From Roseibacillus sp. (GTDB lineage Bacteria; Verrucomicrobiota; Verrucomicrobiia; Verrucomicrobiales; Akkermansiaceae), in the NCBI GenBank assembly GCA_965242925.1, contig CBDEUM010000038.1, positions 64,001-128,000 on the forward strand: DNA of 64,000 nt, written 5' to 3'. The notes beneath the pieces were generated by a model. It searched no databases. It saw only the letters and a list, made by a program, of their open reading frames with translations, and was not told where the DNA came from. Of this stretch, positions 40,398 through 49,841 are shown piece after piece. Numbering within the stretch: the first letter of the stretch is position 1; each line of letters opens with the position of its first letter. The position numbers were made by a program, and so were the translations under genes.

Positions 40398-41999
40398 GTG
40401 ACTCCCCCCAGTATCTTCAACGATGTGCTCGGTCCCGTGATGCGGGGTCCTTCGAGTTCGCACAGCGCGGCCTCGTTGCGAATCGGGCGACTGGCGCGTG
40501 ATCTGATGGGAGGTGATGTGAAGGAGGTGGTGGTGGAGTATGATCCCAACGGCGCACTGGTCACCACGCATGAGTCGCAGGGATCGGACCTGGGGCTCTT
40601 TGGTGGTTTGATGGGATGGCAAACGGATGACGAGCGTCTCCCGGATTTCCGCGAGGAGATCGAGGAGGCAGGAATCAAGGTGGAGATCCGGTACGTGAGC
40701 TATGGGGCGGAGCACCCCAATACCTACAAACTGACCCTTCGCAACCGGGATGAGGAGCGGACCATGCAGGCGATCTCGACCGGGGGTGGCATGATCGTCG
40801 TGCAGAAAATCGAGGGTGCCGGGGTTGAAATAGAGGGCGATTACTACGAGACGCTCGTTTTTCTTTCCGATGCCGGAGCGGCTGATGGACTGGTTGGTTG
40901 GCTCTCGAGCAGCTTTTCCTTCGAAGAGGTTCAGGTCCGACCGGGGGGCAAGGAGATGTTGATTGAGATCAGGAGCCGTAGTGCGCTCGACGAGGAACTG
41001 CTGGCGGAACTCAGGGGCAATCCGGCGGTCTCGGTGGTGCGCGTGCTCCATCCGGTCCTCCCGGTGCTGTCCCGCCGGGATCTCTCCGTTCCCTGGTTGC
41101 GCTGCGCGGAGATGGAATCCTACCGGGAATGCAGGGGCGGTGAGACCGGTCTGGGCGAGCTGGGCGCGATTTACGAAGGTGAGCGCGGTGGTATTTCGGT
41201 GGAGGAGGTCAGGGAGCGTATGGGCAGGCTGGTTGAGACGATGGAGGGTTCGATCCAGACCGGGTTGCAGGGAACCAGTTTCGCTGACCGGATTCTTCCG
41301 GCGCAGTCACCGCGTTTTGCCGAAAGGATGAAGGGGGGGGAGCTGGTGCCGGGTGATGTGCTTAACCGGATGATCATGTATGTCTCTTCCCTGATGGAAG
41401 TGAAGAGCTCCATGGGGGTCATCGTGGCAGCTCCGACGGCGGGAAGTTGTGGTGCCCTTCCGGGGGCTGTTCTCGGGGTGGCCGATGCCCTGGGCAAGAG
41501 CCGCGAGGAACGGATCGAGGCGATGCTGGCGGCGGGCATGATCGGGGTGTTCATTGCAGCCCACTCGACTTTTGCGGCGGAAGAGGCGGGTTGCATGGCG
41601 GAGTGCGGATCGGGCGCGGCCATGGCAGCGGCAGGAATCGTCCTCTTGATGGAAGGGAGCTTCGAACAACAGATGGGGGCCGCGTCCATGGCCCTGCAGA
41701 ACTCCCTGGGGATGACCTGTGATACGCTCGCCAACCGGGTGGAAGCTCCCTGTCTCGGTCGCAATGTGACCGCAGCTTCCAATGCGCTTTCCTCTGCCAA
41801 CATGGCACTGGCGGACTATCAGCACCTTGTCCCCTTTGACGAGGTCGTAGACGCCATGAAACAGGTGGGCGATCTCATGCCGCGCGAGATCTGCTGCACA
41901 GGACTCGGTGGATTGGCCATCACGCCGACATCGAAAGCCTGGGAAGAACAACTGGCCCGCGGGTGTGGAACCTGCGGGAAGGTGGAGGTGGAATCCTAA
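40398..41999 (+). CDS. Fe-S L-serine dehydratase, beta and alpha parts in one chain
   Basis: SIFNDVLGPVMRGPSSSHS, STGGG, APTAGSCG, GCMAECG, GMTCD...VEAPC; GTG at 40398 preferred. Confidence 0.88.
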   Translation: MTPPSIFNDVLGPVMRGPSSSHSAASLRIGRLARDLMGGDVKEVVVEYDPNGALVTTHESQGSDLGLFGGLMGWQTDDERLPDFREEIEEAGIKVEIRYVSYGAEHPNTYKLTLRNRDEERTMQAISTGGGMIVVQKIEGAGVEIEGDYYETLVFLSDAGAADGLVGWLSSSFSFEEVQVRPGGKEMLIEIRSRSALDEELLAELRGNPAVSVVRVLHPVLPVLSRRDLSVPWLRCAEMESYRECRGGETGLGELGAIYEGERGGISVEEVRERMGRLVETMEGSIQTGLQGTSFADRILPAQSPRFAERMKGGELVPGDVLNRMIMYVSSLMEVKSSMGVIVAAPTAGSCGALPGAVLGVADALGKSREERIEAMLAAGMIGVFIAAHSTFAAEEAGCMAECGSGAAMAAAGIVLLMEGSFEQQMGAASMALQNSLGMTCDTLANRVEAPCLGRNVTAASNALSSANMALADYQHLVPFDEVVDAMKQVGDLMPREICCTGLGGLAITPTSKAWEEQLARGCGTCGKVEVES

Positions 42000-42023
42000 C
42001 TTCCGGGAGCGGGGTAGGTCACA

Positions 42024-43304
42024 CTACGGCTCAGGGGCGATGAGGTCGTCCCAGGATTGACGGTGGCGTGCAATCCTGGCCTGTGCGCCCTCGACAAGGA
42101 TCTCGGCAGGCATGGGGCGGGAATTGTAGTTGGAGGCCATGGTGAAGCTGTAGGCTCCCGCACTCATGAGGGCGATGATGTCGTTGGCCTTGAAGTCGGT
42201 GATTTCGCGATCCTGGCAGAAGAAATCGCCACTTTCGCAGATGGGGCCCACCACGTCGGCGGTGACGCGGGTGTTGGTGTCGTCTTCCCGGAGGGGAACA
42301 ATCTCGTGGTGTCCCTGGTAGAGGGCCGGGCGGATAAGATCATTCATCCCGGCATCGACAACCTTGAAGGTCTTCGCATGGCCCTTCTTCTCATGGAGGC
42401 AGGTGGTGAGAAGGACACCGGCATTCCCCGAGATGTAACGACCGGGTTCGAGAAGGATCCTGAGGTCGAGGGATTGCAGGCGGGGTGCCAGTTCGTTGGC
42501 GTAGGCCACGGGCGATAGTGGAGGGTCATCGTGCTGATCCCACCAATCCTGCTGACCGGAGGCGAGGGCGCCATCGTAGATGATGCCGATTCCTCCGCCG
42601 ATGGAGAAGAACTCAATATCGTGGGCGGACTTCAACTCGGCCACGAGAGGGATGACCCGCTCGACTGCTTCCACGAACGGGGCGACACTGGTGAGCTGGG
42701 ATCCAATGTGCATTTGCACGCCCTTGATCTGGATATGAGGGAGGTTTGCGGCGTGCTGGTAGATTTCGCTGGCGGCAGCATAGTCGATTCCAAACTTGTT
42801 CTCGGCCTTGCCGGTGGAGATGTAATCGTGGGTGCCGGCGTCCACGTTGGGGTTGATGCGCACCGCAATGGGAGCAGTTGCGCTCACACCCCCGGCTACT
42901 GTGTTGATCAGTTCGAGTTCGGCCGGCGACTCGATGTTGAAGCAGTGGATTTCGTGCTCCAGGGCATAGCGGATCTCCTCCGCAGTTTTGCCCACCCCGG
43001 CGAAGGAGCAGAGTTTTGGATCTCCGCCGGCCTTGATCACGCGGAAGAGTTCACCTCCGGAGACAATGTCGAATCCGCTGCCGAGTTCAGCGAGCAGGCC
43101 GAGGACGGAGAGATTGGAATTTGCTTTGACGGCGTAGGCGATGTGGTGATCGAGACCCTCCAGAGCCTGAGTGAGTCGATGGTAGTTGTCGCGGAAAGTC
43201 TGGGCGGAATAGACGTAGAGGGGGGTGCCGTGTTCCTCGGCCAGAGCCTGCAGGTTCACCTCCTCACAGTGGAGGATGCCTTTGCGGTAGTGGAACTGGT
43301 GCAT
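42024..43304 (-). CDS. lysA: Diaminopimelate decarboxylase
   Basis: YAVKAN PLP lysine, HIGSQ, EPGR, GPICESGD, MASNYN. Confidence 0.95.
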   Translation of the reverse strand: MHQFHYRKGILHCEEVNLQALAEEHGTPLYVYSAQTFRDNYHRLTQALEGLDHHIAYAVKANSNLSVLGLLAELGSGFDIVSGGELFRVIKAGGDPKLCSFAGVGKTAEEIRYALEHEIHCFNIESPAELELINTVAGGVSATAPIAVRINPNVDAGTHDYISTGKAENKFGIDYAAASEIYQHAANLPHIQIKGVQMHIGSQLTSVAPFVEAVERVIPLVAELKSAHDIEFFSIGGGIGIIYDGALASGQQDWWDQHDDPPLSPVAYANELAPRLQSLDLRILLEPGRYISGNAGVLLTTCLHEKKGHAKTFKVVDAGMNDLIRPALYQGHHEIVPLREDDTNTRVTADVVGPICESGDFFCQDREITDFKANDIIALMSAGAYSFTMASNYNSRPMPAEILVEGAQARIARHRQSWDDLIAPEP

Positions 43305-43404
43305 GAGTGGGGACGGGGAGTGGCAGGTGCGGGGGACCAATACGCCAGAATTCCGGGACTCCAACACTCCAAAAGCGAGGAAATGTTCTTAAAGGTGGAA
43401 CGGG

Positions 43405-44655
43405 CTACTCGACCCGGAAAGAACGGGTCCGGCGGCCGAAGAAATCCTCAGCCACGGCTTTGCTTCTGATGTTGAGGAGTTTGGTTTCGAAGCCGGAGGT
43501 GAGCCAGACGTGAGCGAAGTGGCCGGATTGTGATTCTTTCCCGGGGGGGAGGACCACGGCGGAGGTCACCCGCCTTCCCAGAGTGATCCGGTAGACGCGG
43601 TTGGGTGGAAGGGTGATACGGGTGTGCACATTGAGTTTGGTGAAGTAACCGCTGCGGCGGTGAGCCACCTCGCTTCCATCCTCGACGAAGATACGCTTGT
43701 TCTGCAGTCGGGTCCCGGGGAATCCGATTCCACGGGACTCCGTTTCGAGAAGGAGGTTGTCGCCCCCGGCGAGTTCAAGGGATCCTTCGAGGTCAAGGGT
43801 GATATGGATGGTGTCGGGCAGGCGTTTCACTTCTTCCCTGATCAGGGTGGTGGTGTTGTCCCTCGCATAGGGAAAAGACAGGCAGGTTGTGCCGATCACG
43901 GCGAAAAGGGCCACCAGGATGCCGAAGGGAGCCCAGGCCGGAATGTGTTCTCCAACCGGTGTCTTTGGTTCGTAGAGAGCCTTGCGGTGCAGTCCGAAGA
44001 CATGGAACAGGGCAGCCGAGGCGAACCAGACTACAGCCGCGGACCAGAGGATATCGCTGGCGAAGTGCAGGCCCTGTGCCAGGCATGCCACCCCGATACA
44101 GGTGCCGTAGGTCCCGGCCGCCACGATGACCAGGATGCCTGTCTTTCGTCGCCGACAGGCGAGCAGGGCAAGGCCGGCGGCAAAGAAGTAGAACCCCATG
44201 GAGGCGGGGACGCTGACGAAGGAATGGCCTTCGGTAGCGGGATCGATTGCCAGGAGCCGTTCGAATGGATCCGCTCCGCCCAGACCCTCGGTTTCATTTG
44301 GTCGGGGACGACCCCAGTGTTCCTTGAGAAGGAAATTGGCGACGAGGCCGGGCCCGGCGAGGAGGGTGAGAACGAGGAAAGCAGAGAGTTTCCGGGAGGA
44401 GGCAAGTCGGTGTCGTCCCATGCCGAGCACGAGGACAGAGAGGGCTACCGCAGCCACGACAAGGGCCGGAATGGCGCCAAGGCGGTAGAACTGAAGCCAG
44501 GGAGGTTTGCCGGAGTAGGTCCAGAGATTGGCTTTCTCATTGTAGAACTGCCGGGCGATCTCCATGTCGAGTTCGCCGGACAGAAAGGGCAGGGACCCTC
44601 CTGCGAGGAGCACCGCAGGGATGAGATAGAGAACGAGGATCCAGCGCCTGGTCAC
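43405..44655 (-). CDS. PAP2-superfamily membrane protein with degenerate active site and a soluble C-terminal domain
   Basis: KEHWGRPRP (C1) intact; C2 reads SFVSVP and C3 reads CLAQGLHFASD; GTG at 44655 preferred. Confidence 0.75.
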   Translation of the reverse strand: MTRRWILVLYLIPAVLLAGGSLPFLSGELDMEIARQFYNEKANLWTYSGKPPWLQFYRLGAIPALVVAAVALSVLVLGMGRHRLASSRKLSAFLVLTLLAGPGLVANFLLKEHWGRPRPNETEGLGGADPFERLLAIDPATEGHSFVSVPASMGFYFFAAGLALLACRRRKTGILVIVAAGTYGTCIGVACLAQGLHFASDILWSAAVVWFASAALFHVFGLHRKALYEPKTPVGEHIPAWAPFGILVALFAVIGTTCLSFPYARDNTTTLIREEVKRLPDTIHITLDLEGSLELAGGDNLLLETESRGIGFPGTRLQNKRIFVEDGSEVAHRRSGYFTKLNVHTRITLPPNRVYRITLGRRVTSAVVLPPGKESQSGHFAHVWLTSGFETKLLNIRSKAVAEDFFGRRTRSFRVE

Positions 44656-44791
44656 GGGAGGGAGGATGGTGGGGTTGAGTATCCAGTGTCCAGTTTTCAG
44701 TATGGCCGGACGGGCTCCGGGCGGGGAGGGTTGCCGGTCCGGGTCACGGACCTGATCGTGGTCAGATCCCGCAAAGGTCCGAGTCGGCCCC

Positions 44792-44821
44792 AAAAAACCG
44801 GGAACCTGGCGGTTCCCGGTT
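44792..44821 (-). terminator. Rho-independent terminator of the downstream glutamine synthetase
   Basis: CCGGGAACC-TGGC-GGTTCCCGG stem; A6 on + strand gives a U-tract on -. Confidence 0.85.
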
Positions 44822-44863
44822 CTGTATCAGTGCTGAGATTGATTTCAGTTCTTCCGGGTGCTG

Positions 44864-45865
44864 CTAGCCGTTAACAGTCTGGCAGATCCGCTGCGCCACG
44901 CGGTAGGGGTCCGCATTGGAGGCCGGGCGGCGATCTTCAAGATAGCCCTTCCAGCCGTCCTGCACGGTGCCCACCGGAATCCGGACGGATGCTCCCCGGT
45001 CAGAGACGGCATAGCTGAATTTGTCAATGGCCTGCGTCTCGTGAAGTCCGGTGAGTCGAAGTTCGTTGCACGATCCGTAAACCGCGATGTGCTCGTCATG
45101 CACCGGCGCAAACTTGTCGAGGAGAGCCCGGATGCCCTCCTCGCCGCCTTCCTCGCGGATGAAGGTGTTGGAGAAGTTGGTGTGCATGCCGGAGCCGTTC
45201 CAGTCACCGAGCACCGGCTTGGGATGAAGTTCGACGGTCACACCATACTTTTCCGCAGTGCGATAGAGGAGGTAGCGGGCGAGCCAGGCATCATCTGCCG
45301 CACGCTTGGCTCCCTCGCCGATGAGTTGGTACTCCCACTGTCCGATCATGACCTCGGCGTTGATGCCGGTGATTCCCAGGCCAGCTTCGAGGCAGAGGTC
45401 CAGGTGTTCCTCCACGATATCCCGGCCGTCCACGTTGCCGGCACCGACCGCGCAGTAGTAGGGACCCTGCGGGCCGGGATAACCCTTGGCCGGAAAGCCG
45501 AGGGGGAAGCCGTTCCTGCTCAGGACGTATTCCTGCTCGAATCCGAACCACATGTCCCCGTCGTCATCCCATCCCCCTCGAGTGTTGGAGGGATGCACGC
45601 TCCCATCGGCAGCCAGGACCTCACACATGACGAGGTAGGCATCGAGGCGATCGGGATCGGGGACCACCCGCACGGGTTTGAGGAGACAGTCGGACGAATG
45701 TCCTTCCGCCTGCTCGGTGGAGGATCCGTCGAAGGACCAGCCGGGAAGTGCCTCGGGGGCTGGAACCTCTTCCCCGTCGTAGTTCCAGATCTTGGTTTTG
45801 CTGCGAATGCTGGGCTCCGGGGTGTAGCCGTCCAGCCAGATGTATTCGAGTTTTGCTGCTGCCAT
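44864..45865 (-). CDS. glnII: Glutamine synthetase type II, copy B
   Basis: 333 aa; EYIWLDG, FDGSST, WFGFEQEY, INAEVMIGQWEYQ, GDWNGSGMH, YLEDRRPASNADPY. Confidence 0.9.
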   Translation of the reverse strand: MAAAKLEYIWLDGYTPEPSIRSKTKIWNYDGEEVPAPEALPGWSFDGSSTEQAEGHSSDCLLKPVRVVPDPDRLDAYLVMCEVLAADGSVHPSNTRGGWDDDGDMWFGFEQEYVLSRNGFPLGFPAKGYPGPQGPYYCAVGAGNVDGRDIVEEHLDLCLEAGLGITGINAEVMIGQWEYQLIGEGAKRAADDAWLARYLLYRTAEKYGVTVELHPKPVLGDWNGSGMHTNFSNTFIREEGGEEGIRALLDKFAPVHDEHIAVYGSCNELRLTGLHETQAIDKFSYAVSDRGASVRIPVGTVQDGWKGYLEDRRPASNADPYRVAQRICQTVNG

Positions 45866-45874
45866 GGCGCGCGG

Positions 45875-45902
45875 AGTTTGATTCGGCCAAAAACGCTGTC
45901 AA
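45875..45902 (-). promoter_or_regulatory. Putative sigma70-type promoter of GSII copy B
   Basis: TTGACA, 16 nt, CAAACT, ending 9 nt before the ATG; no SD. Confidence 0.5.
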
Positions 45903-45918
45903 GTGCACAGGATACACG

Positions 45919-45953
45919 AAAAACGGCCAACCCCGCTGGAGGATTGGCCGTTT
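45919..45953 (-). terminator. Rho-independent terminator between the two GS genes
   Basis: AAACGGCCAA...TTGGCCGTTT stem with a U-tract on the - strand. Confidence 0.75.
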
Positions 45954-45981
45954 GGGAATGTCAGGATATCCGTTTTTCTTT

Positions 45982-46998
45982 TCAGCTCCCGGTGGACACG
46001 GAGGCGATGGTCTGGAGAATCCGGCTCGCGATGGCGTAGGGATCGCCCTGTGAGTTCGGTCGACGGTCTTCCAGGTAGCCCTTGTAGTCGTCCCCGACGA
46101 AGGCGTGGGGGACGCGGACGGAGGCACCACGGTCAGCCACGCCGTAGGAGAACTTGTCGATCGACTGAGTCTCGTGCAGGCCGGTGAGTCGCAGGTGGTT
46201 GTCAGGACCGTAGACTGCGATGTGCTCTTCCTGGTTGGCCTCGAAGGCTCCCATGAGAGCTTCGAAGTAGTCCTTGCCTCCGGTCTCGCGTAAGTAAGTG
46301 GTGGAGAAGTTGGAGTGCATGCCGGATCCATTCCAGTCCCCCGCGAGAGGCTTGCAGTGCCAATCAATATCGACACCATATTGTTCGCAGAGGCGTAGAA
46401 GGAGGAAGCGGGCGACCCAGACATCGTCGGCGGCTTTCTTGGAGCCCTTGCCAAAGACCTGGAATTCCCACTGCCCCTTGGCCACTTCGGCATTGATGCC
46501 TTCGTGGGTGATGCCGGCGTGAAGGCACTGCCAGAGATGCTCCTCGGTGATCTTGCGGCCGAGGGCGCCGATGTTCTTGAATCCAACGCCGCAGTAATAC
46601 TCGCCCTGGGGTTCGGGGTAGCCTTCCTTGGGGAATCCGAGGGGCAGCCCATCCTGGGTGAGGAAGTATTCCTGTTCGAAGCCGAACCAGGCACCCTCGT
46701 CGTCAAGGATGGTGGCGCGCATGTTGGAGGGGTGCGGGTCGCCGTTAGGCAACATGACCTCACACATCACCAGCGCCTGTTGTTCGTTGGTCTTGTCCGG
46801 ATAAACGGCGACGGGTTTGAGGGTGCAGTCGGAATCGCTGCCGTCGGCCTGCTCGGTGGAGCTGCCGTCAAAGCCCCAGAGGGGTAGTTCAGAGAGTTCC
46901 GGAAAGGAGGCGTATTCCTTTACGCAGCACTTGGTCCGCAGGTTCGGGACGGGGGTATATCCATCCAGCCAGATGTAATCCAATTTATATTTGGGCAT
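45982..46998 (-). CDS. glnII: Glutamine synthetase type II, copy A
   Basis: 338 aa; DYIWLDG, FDGSST, WFGFEQEY, INAEVAKGQWEFQ, GDWNGSGMH, YLEDRRPNSQGDPY. Confidence 0.9.
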   Translation of the reverse strand: MPKYKLDYIWLDGYTPVPNLRTKCCVKEYASFPELSELPLWGFDGSSTEQADGSDSDCTLKPVAVYPDKTNEQQALVMCEVMLPNGDPHPSNMRATILDDEGAWFGFEQEYFLTQDGLPLGFPKEGYPEPQGEYYCGVGFKNIGALGRKITEEHLWQCLHAGITHEGINAEVAKGQWEFQVFGKGSKKAADDVWVARFLLLRLCEQYGVDIDWHCKPLAGDWNGSGMHSNFSTTYLRETGGKDYFEALMGAFEANQEEHIAVYGPDNHLRLTGLHETQSIDKFSYGVADRGASVRVPHAFVGDDYKGYLEDRRPNSQGDPYAIASRILQTIASVSTGS

Positions 46999-47095
46999 GT
47001 CGTGTTCTAGTCGGGTTGCGATTACCGCGGCACATCACACGGCACGGATCCGGAAAGCGGAGCCATGTCGCGGGGCCTTGGAGGCACTCATATGA

Positions 47096-47112
47096 AGCAG
47101 TGGCCGTGCCAA
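47096..47112 (-). promoter_or_regulatory. Sigma54 (-24/-12) promoter of GSII copy A
   Basis: - strand TTGGCACGGCCACTGCT, GG-N10-GC, close to consensus YTGGCACGNNNNTTGCW; about 100 nt upstream of the ATG. Confidence 0.75.
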
Positions 47113-47140
47113 ACTGCGTAAAAAACGCGAGCCGAAAAGC

Positions 47141-48355
47141 TCAAAGTTGGGCAATCTGGGCCACGATAAGGGTTGCATCGTCGTCGCGGCTGTTTTCCCG
47201 TGCCCGGGTGAGGATCCTGTGGGCCAGGTCTGTGGGTTCACCGTGGCGGGCCAGTTCCGTTGCCAGTCCACGCTCCCAGAGCCCGTCGATGAGACCGTCG
47301 GTGCAGAGAAGAAGGCGGTCATCGTTCTGGAGGGGATGAGATTCGATTTGCGGGTGAATGCCGGAGTGACCGCCCCCGAGGGCGTCATAGAGGGCGCTGC
47401 GACGTGGATGGGCGCGGTAGGCGAACTCATTGATTTCTCCACGGTTCCACTGTCCCCAGGCCCGGGTGTGATCAGCTGTGAGCTGGGTGGTTTTCTCCGC
47501 CCGGTGGAGATAGAGACGGGAGTCGCCGAGGTGGGCGAAATGCAGGTGTCCGGGGCTGAGCCAGACGAGGGTGAGAGTGGCGCCCATCCCGTGCAGATTG
47601 GACTCCTCCGCGGCGAGGGCGTTTAATCCCTCATGGGCGTTTTGCATGAGTTGGCGCAGCACGGATGAGGCTTCTTCCTCTCCATGGCAGTGAAGGGCCT
47701 CGTATAGATCTCCGGCCTTTCGCTTGACTGCGGCGAGGATCAGGCGGGAGGCGAGTTCGCCCGCGGAGCCCCCTCCCATGCCATCGGAGACGGCGAGGAC
47801 GAGATGCGACGGTTCAAGGAGGGCTTCGCCCTGGGCCTCGAACCGGCGTGCGCCTCCCGGACTGACTTCGAGGGCGAGGTAGGCGTCATCGTTGGAGTCG
47901 CGCATGGTTCCGCCTTCTGAGAGGGAGCACCAGGTCACCTTCCAGATCCCGCTGTTCTCTCGTTCGATGCCGCCGCGTTCGGGAAGGATTTCCGCAAGTT
48001 CAAAGTCAATGAGGCAGAAACGCCCGAGGCGGGGGCAGTAGGTGACATTGCGGGGTTCGGGATCATCGTGGCGCAAGCCGTAGTCCCGCTCAAGGTCGGC
48101 GAAAAGGGCATCGGACTTGGTGCGTGAGATCTCGGGAGCGGGTTGTCCGCAGTTGGTGGTGACGATGTAGTGCTCTTCCGGTCGGTGTTCCAGAAGTCGG
48201 GGAACGTAGGGGCAGCCACGCTCTTCGAGAGCCTTGAGGATACGCGCCTCATTCTCACAGCGTTCACCCTTTTGGTGACCCTTGAACTTTTTGTGCACCT
48301 GCCCCTTGAAGTCGATGCGGACGTGGGAGCGGATGCCATCCTTGAGGTCCTTCAC
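47141..48355 (-). CDS. Fusion of a minimal protein-kinase-like domain and a PP2C/PPM Ser/Thr phosphatase
   Basis: N-terminal HKKF, NEARIL, VPRLL, HDDPEPRNV, LIDFE; C-terminal NDDAY, VSDGMGG, HLGDSR, CTDGL, DDATL. Confidence 0.85.
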   Translation of the reverse strand: MKDLKDGIRSHVRIDFKGQVHKKFKGHQKGERCENEARILKALEERGCPYVPRLLEHRPEEHYIVTTNCGQPAPEISRTKSDALFADLERDYGLRHDDPEPRNVTYCPRLGRFCLIDFELAEILPERGGIERENSGIWKVTWCSLSEGGTMRDSNDDAYLALEVSPGGARRFEAQGEALLEPSHLVLAVSDGMGGGSAGELASRLILAAVKRKAGDLYEALHCHGEEEASSVLRQLMQNAHEGLNALAAEESNLHGMGATLTLVWLSPGHLHFAHLGDSRLYLHRAEKTTQLTADHTRAWGQWNRGEINEFAYRAHPRRSALYDALGGGHSGIHPQIESHPLQNDDRLLLCTDGLIDGLWERGLATELARHGEPTDLAHRILTRARENSRDDDATLIVAQIAQL

Positions 48356-48541
48356 GTAAGCCCAGTGAAGAGGCAGCAGGGAAGAAGGGGAAGATGAAAG
48401 TATGAGGAGAGGGAAGATGGGTAATCGGTGCGACCGGATGGGATCGGGTTGAGCCGGAACGGTGTTGTCTCGGTTGGAGCTCAGGGAGGTTTTCTATCCT
48501 TTCCTTGACCTTTAGGGGCAAGAAAGAGATTGTGGAGGAGC

Positions 48542-49174
48542 GTGGAAAAGGTCGAGATTCCAAAGAAGGCGATCTACCGTCTTTCGATATACCAGCGCGG
48601 CCTCAGCAAGTTGCAGGAGAACGGGAAGGAGACGGTGAGCTCTTCCGCACTTGCAGGAGCGGCCGGGGTGAAGCCCGCGCAGCTGCGCAAGGATCTGGCC
48701 TACTTCGGCCAGTTCGGAAAGCGTGGGCTGGGCTATTCCGTATCGGAGCTGCGGGATGCGATCCTGGAGGTACTGGGGCGGGAGCAACTGCAGCCCGTGG
48801 TCATGGTGGGGGCCGGAAACCTGGGAGTGGCCCTGCTGCGCTATCGTGGATTTGAGAAGGGGGGGTTTGAAGTGGTGGCGGCCTTTGACGCCGTGCCGGA
48901 GACGGTAATTGCACGGGGAATTTCTGTTCCGGTCTACGGGCAGGATGAGGTGGCTCGCTTCGTGCGGGAGAACGAGGTGAAGCTGGCTATTCTCTGTGTT
49001 CCGGGTGGAGTGGCCCAGGAAGCCGCCAACGAACTGGTGGATGCAGGGGTGCAGGGAATTCTTAATTTTTCTCCTACCCTGCTGCAGGTCCCCGAAGCAG
49101 TCACTGTCAACAACGTGGATCTCGCCCTGGAGTTGGAGAATCTCTCCTATTTCGTGAGCAAGGGAGAGGAATGA
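48542..49174 (+). CDS. rex: Redox-sensing transcriptional repressor Rex
   Basis: RLSIYQR, VSSSALA, QLRKDLAYFGQFGKRGLGY, VGAGNLG, GILNFSP; SD GGAGGA before GTG 48542. Confidence 0.95.
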   Translation: MEKVEIPKKAIYRLSIYQRGLSKLQENGKETVSSSALAGAAGVKPAQLRKDLAYFGQFGKRGLGYSVSELRDAILEVLGREQLQPVVMVGAGNLGVALLRYRGFEKGGFEVVAAFDAVPETVIARGISVPVYGQDEVARFVRENEVKLAILCVPGGVAQEAANELVDAGVQGILNFSPTLLQVPEAVTVNNVDLALELENLSYFVSKGEE

Positions 49175-49301
49175 GGTTGAGGAGAGCCTTGGCTTCCCGC
49201 GTTGGCGGTAGATTCCCCGGGTGCCGATAAAGGTGCGGATATTTCGCAAATAGGCCTAAGAATCTCTTTGCCAACGCGTTTCTGATGTAGTTTGAGCCCT
49301 G

Positions 49302-49841
49302 ATGGGCCGGTATGAGAACATGGTTGAGACTCACGAGCAATTCGTGGAGCAGGCCCTTGCCCAGTACGAGGGACCGCTTATCGGATACGCTTTGGGGATT
49401 GTGCATGACCTCGATCGGGCTCGCGACGTTGTCCAGGACACCTTCATCCGGCTCTACCAGCAGGATCGGGAGAAAGTGCAGCGGGGGCTCAAGGCATGGC
49501 TCTTCACGGTCTGCCGGAACCGGGCTCTCGACATCCTCCGCAAGGAGAAGCGGATGGTGGCTCTGGTTGACGAGAAGGCCGAGCGCCTGGAGGGAACCAC
49601 TGCAACTCCGGATCGCGTTGCGGACTGGGACGAGCGGGTGGCCCAGGTAATGAATGCCCTGGATCGGCTCTCCGACAACCAGAGGGAGGTTATCAGACTG
49701 AAATTCCAGCAAGAACTCAGCTATAAGGAAATCAGCGAAGCGACCGGCCTTGCGCCGGGCAATGTCGGCTTTCTGCTGCACACCGGATTGAAACGTTTGC
49801 GGGCCCTCCTTCCGGAAGACCTGCTGGAAAATTCCATGTGA
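49302..49841 (+). CDS. ECF sigma factor
   Basis: ARDVVQDTF, AWLFTVCRNRALD (region 2); LSYKEISEATG (region 4). Confidence 0.92.
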   Translation: MGRYENMVETHEQFVEQALAQYEGPLIGYALGIVHDLDRARDVVQDTFIRLYQQDREKVQRGLKAWLFTVCRNRALDILRKEKRMVALVDEKAERLEGTTATPDRVADWDERVAQVMNALDRLSDNQREVIRLKFQQELSYKEISEATGLAPGNVGFLLHTGLKRLRALLPEDLLENSM

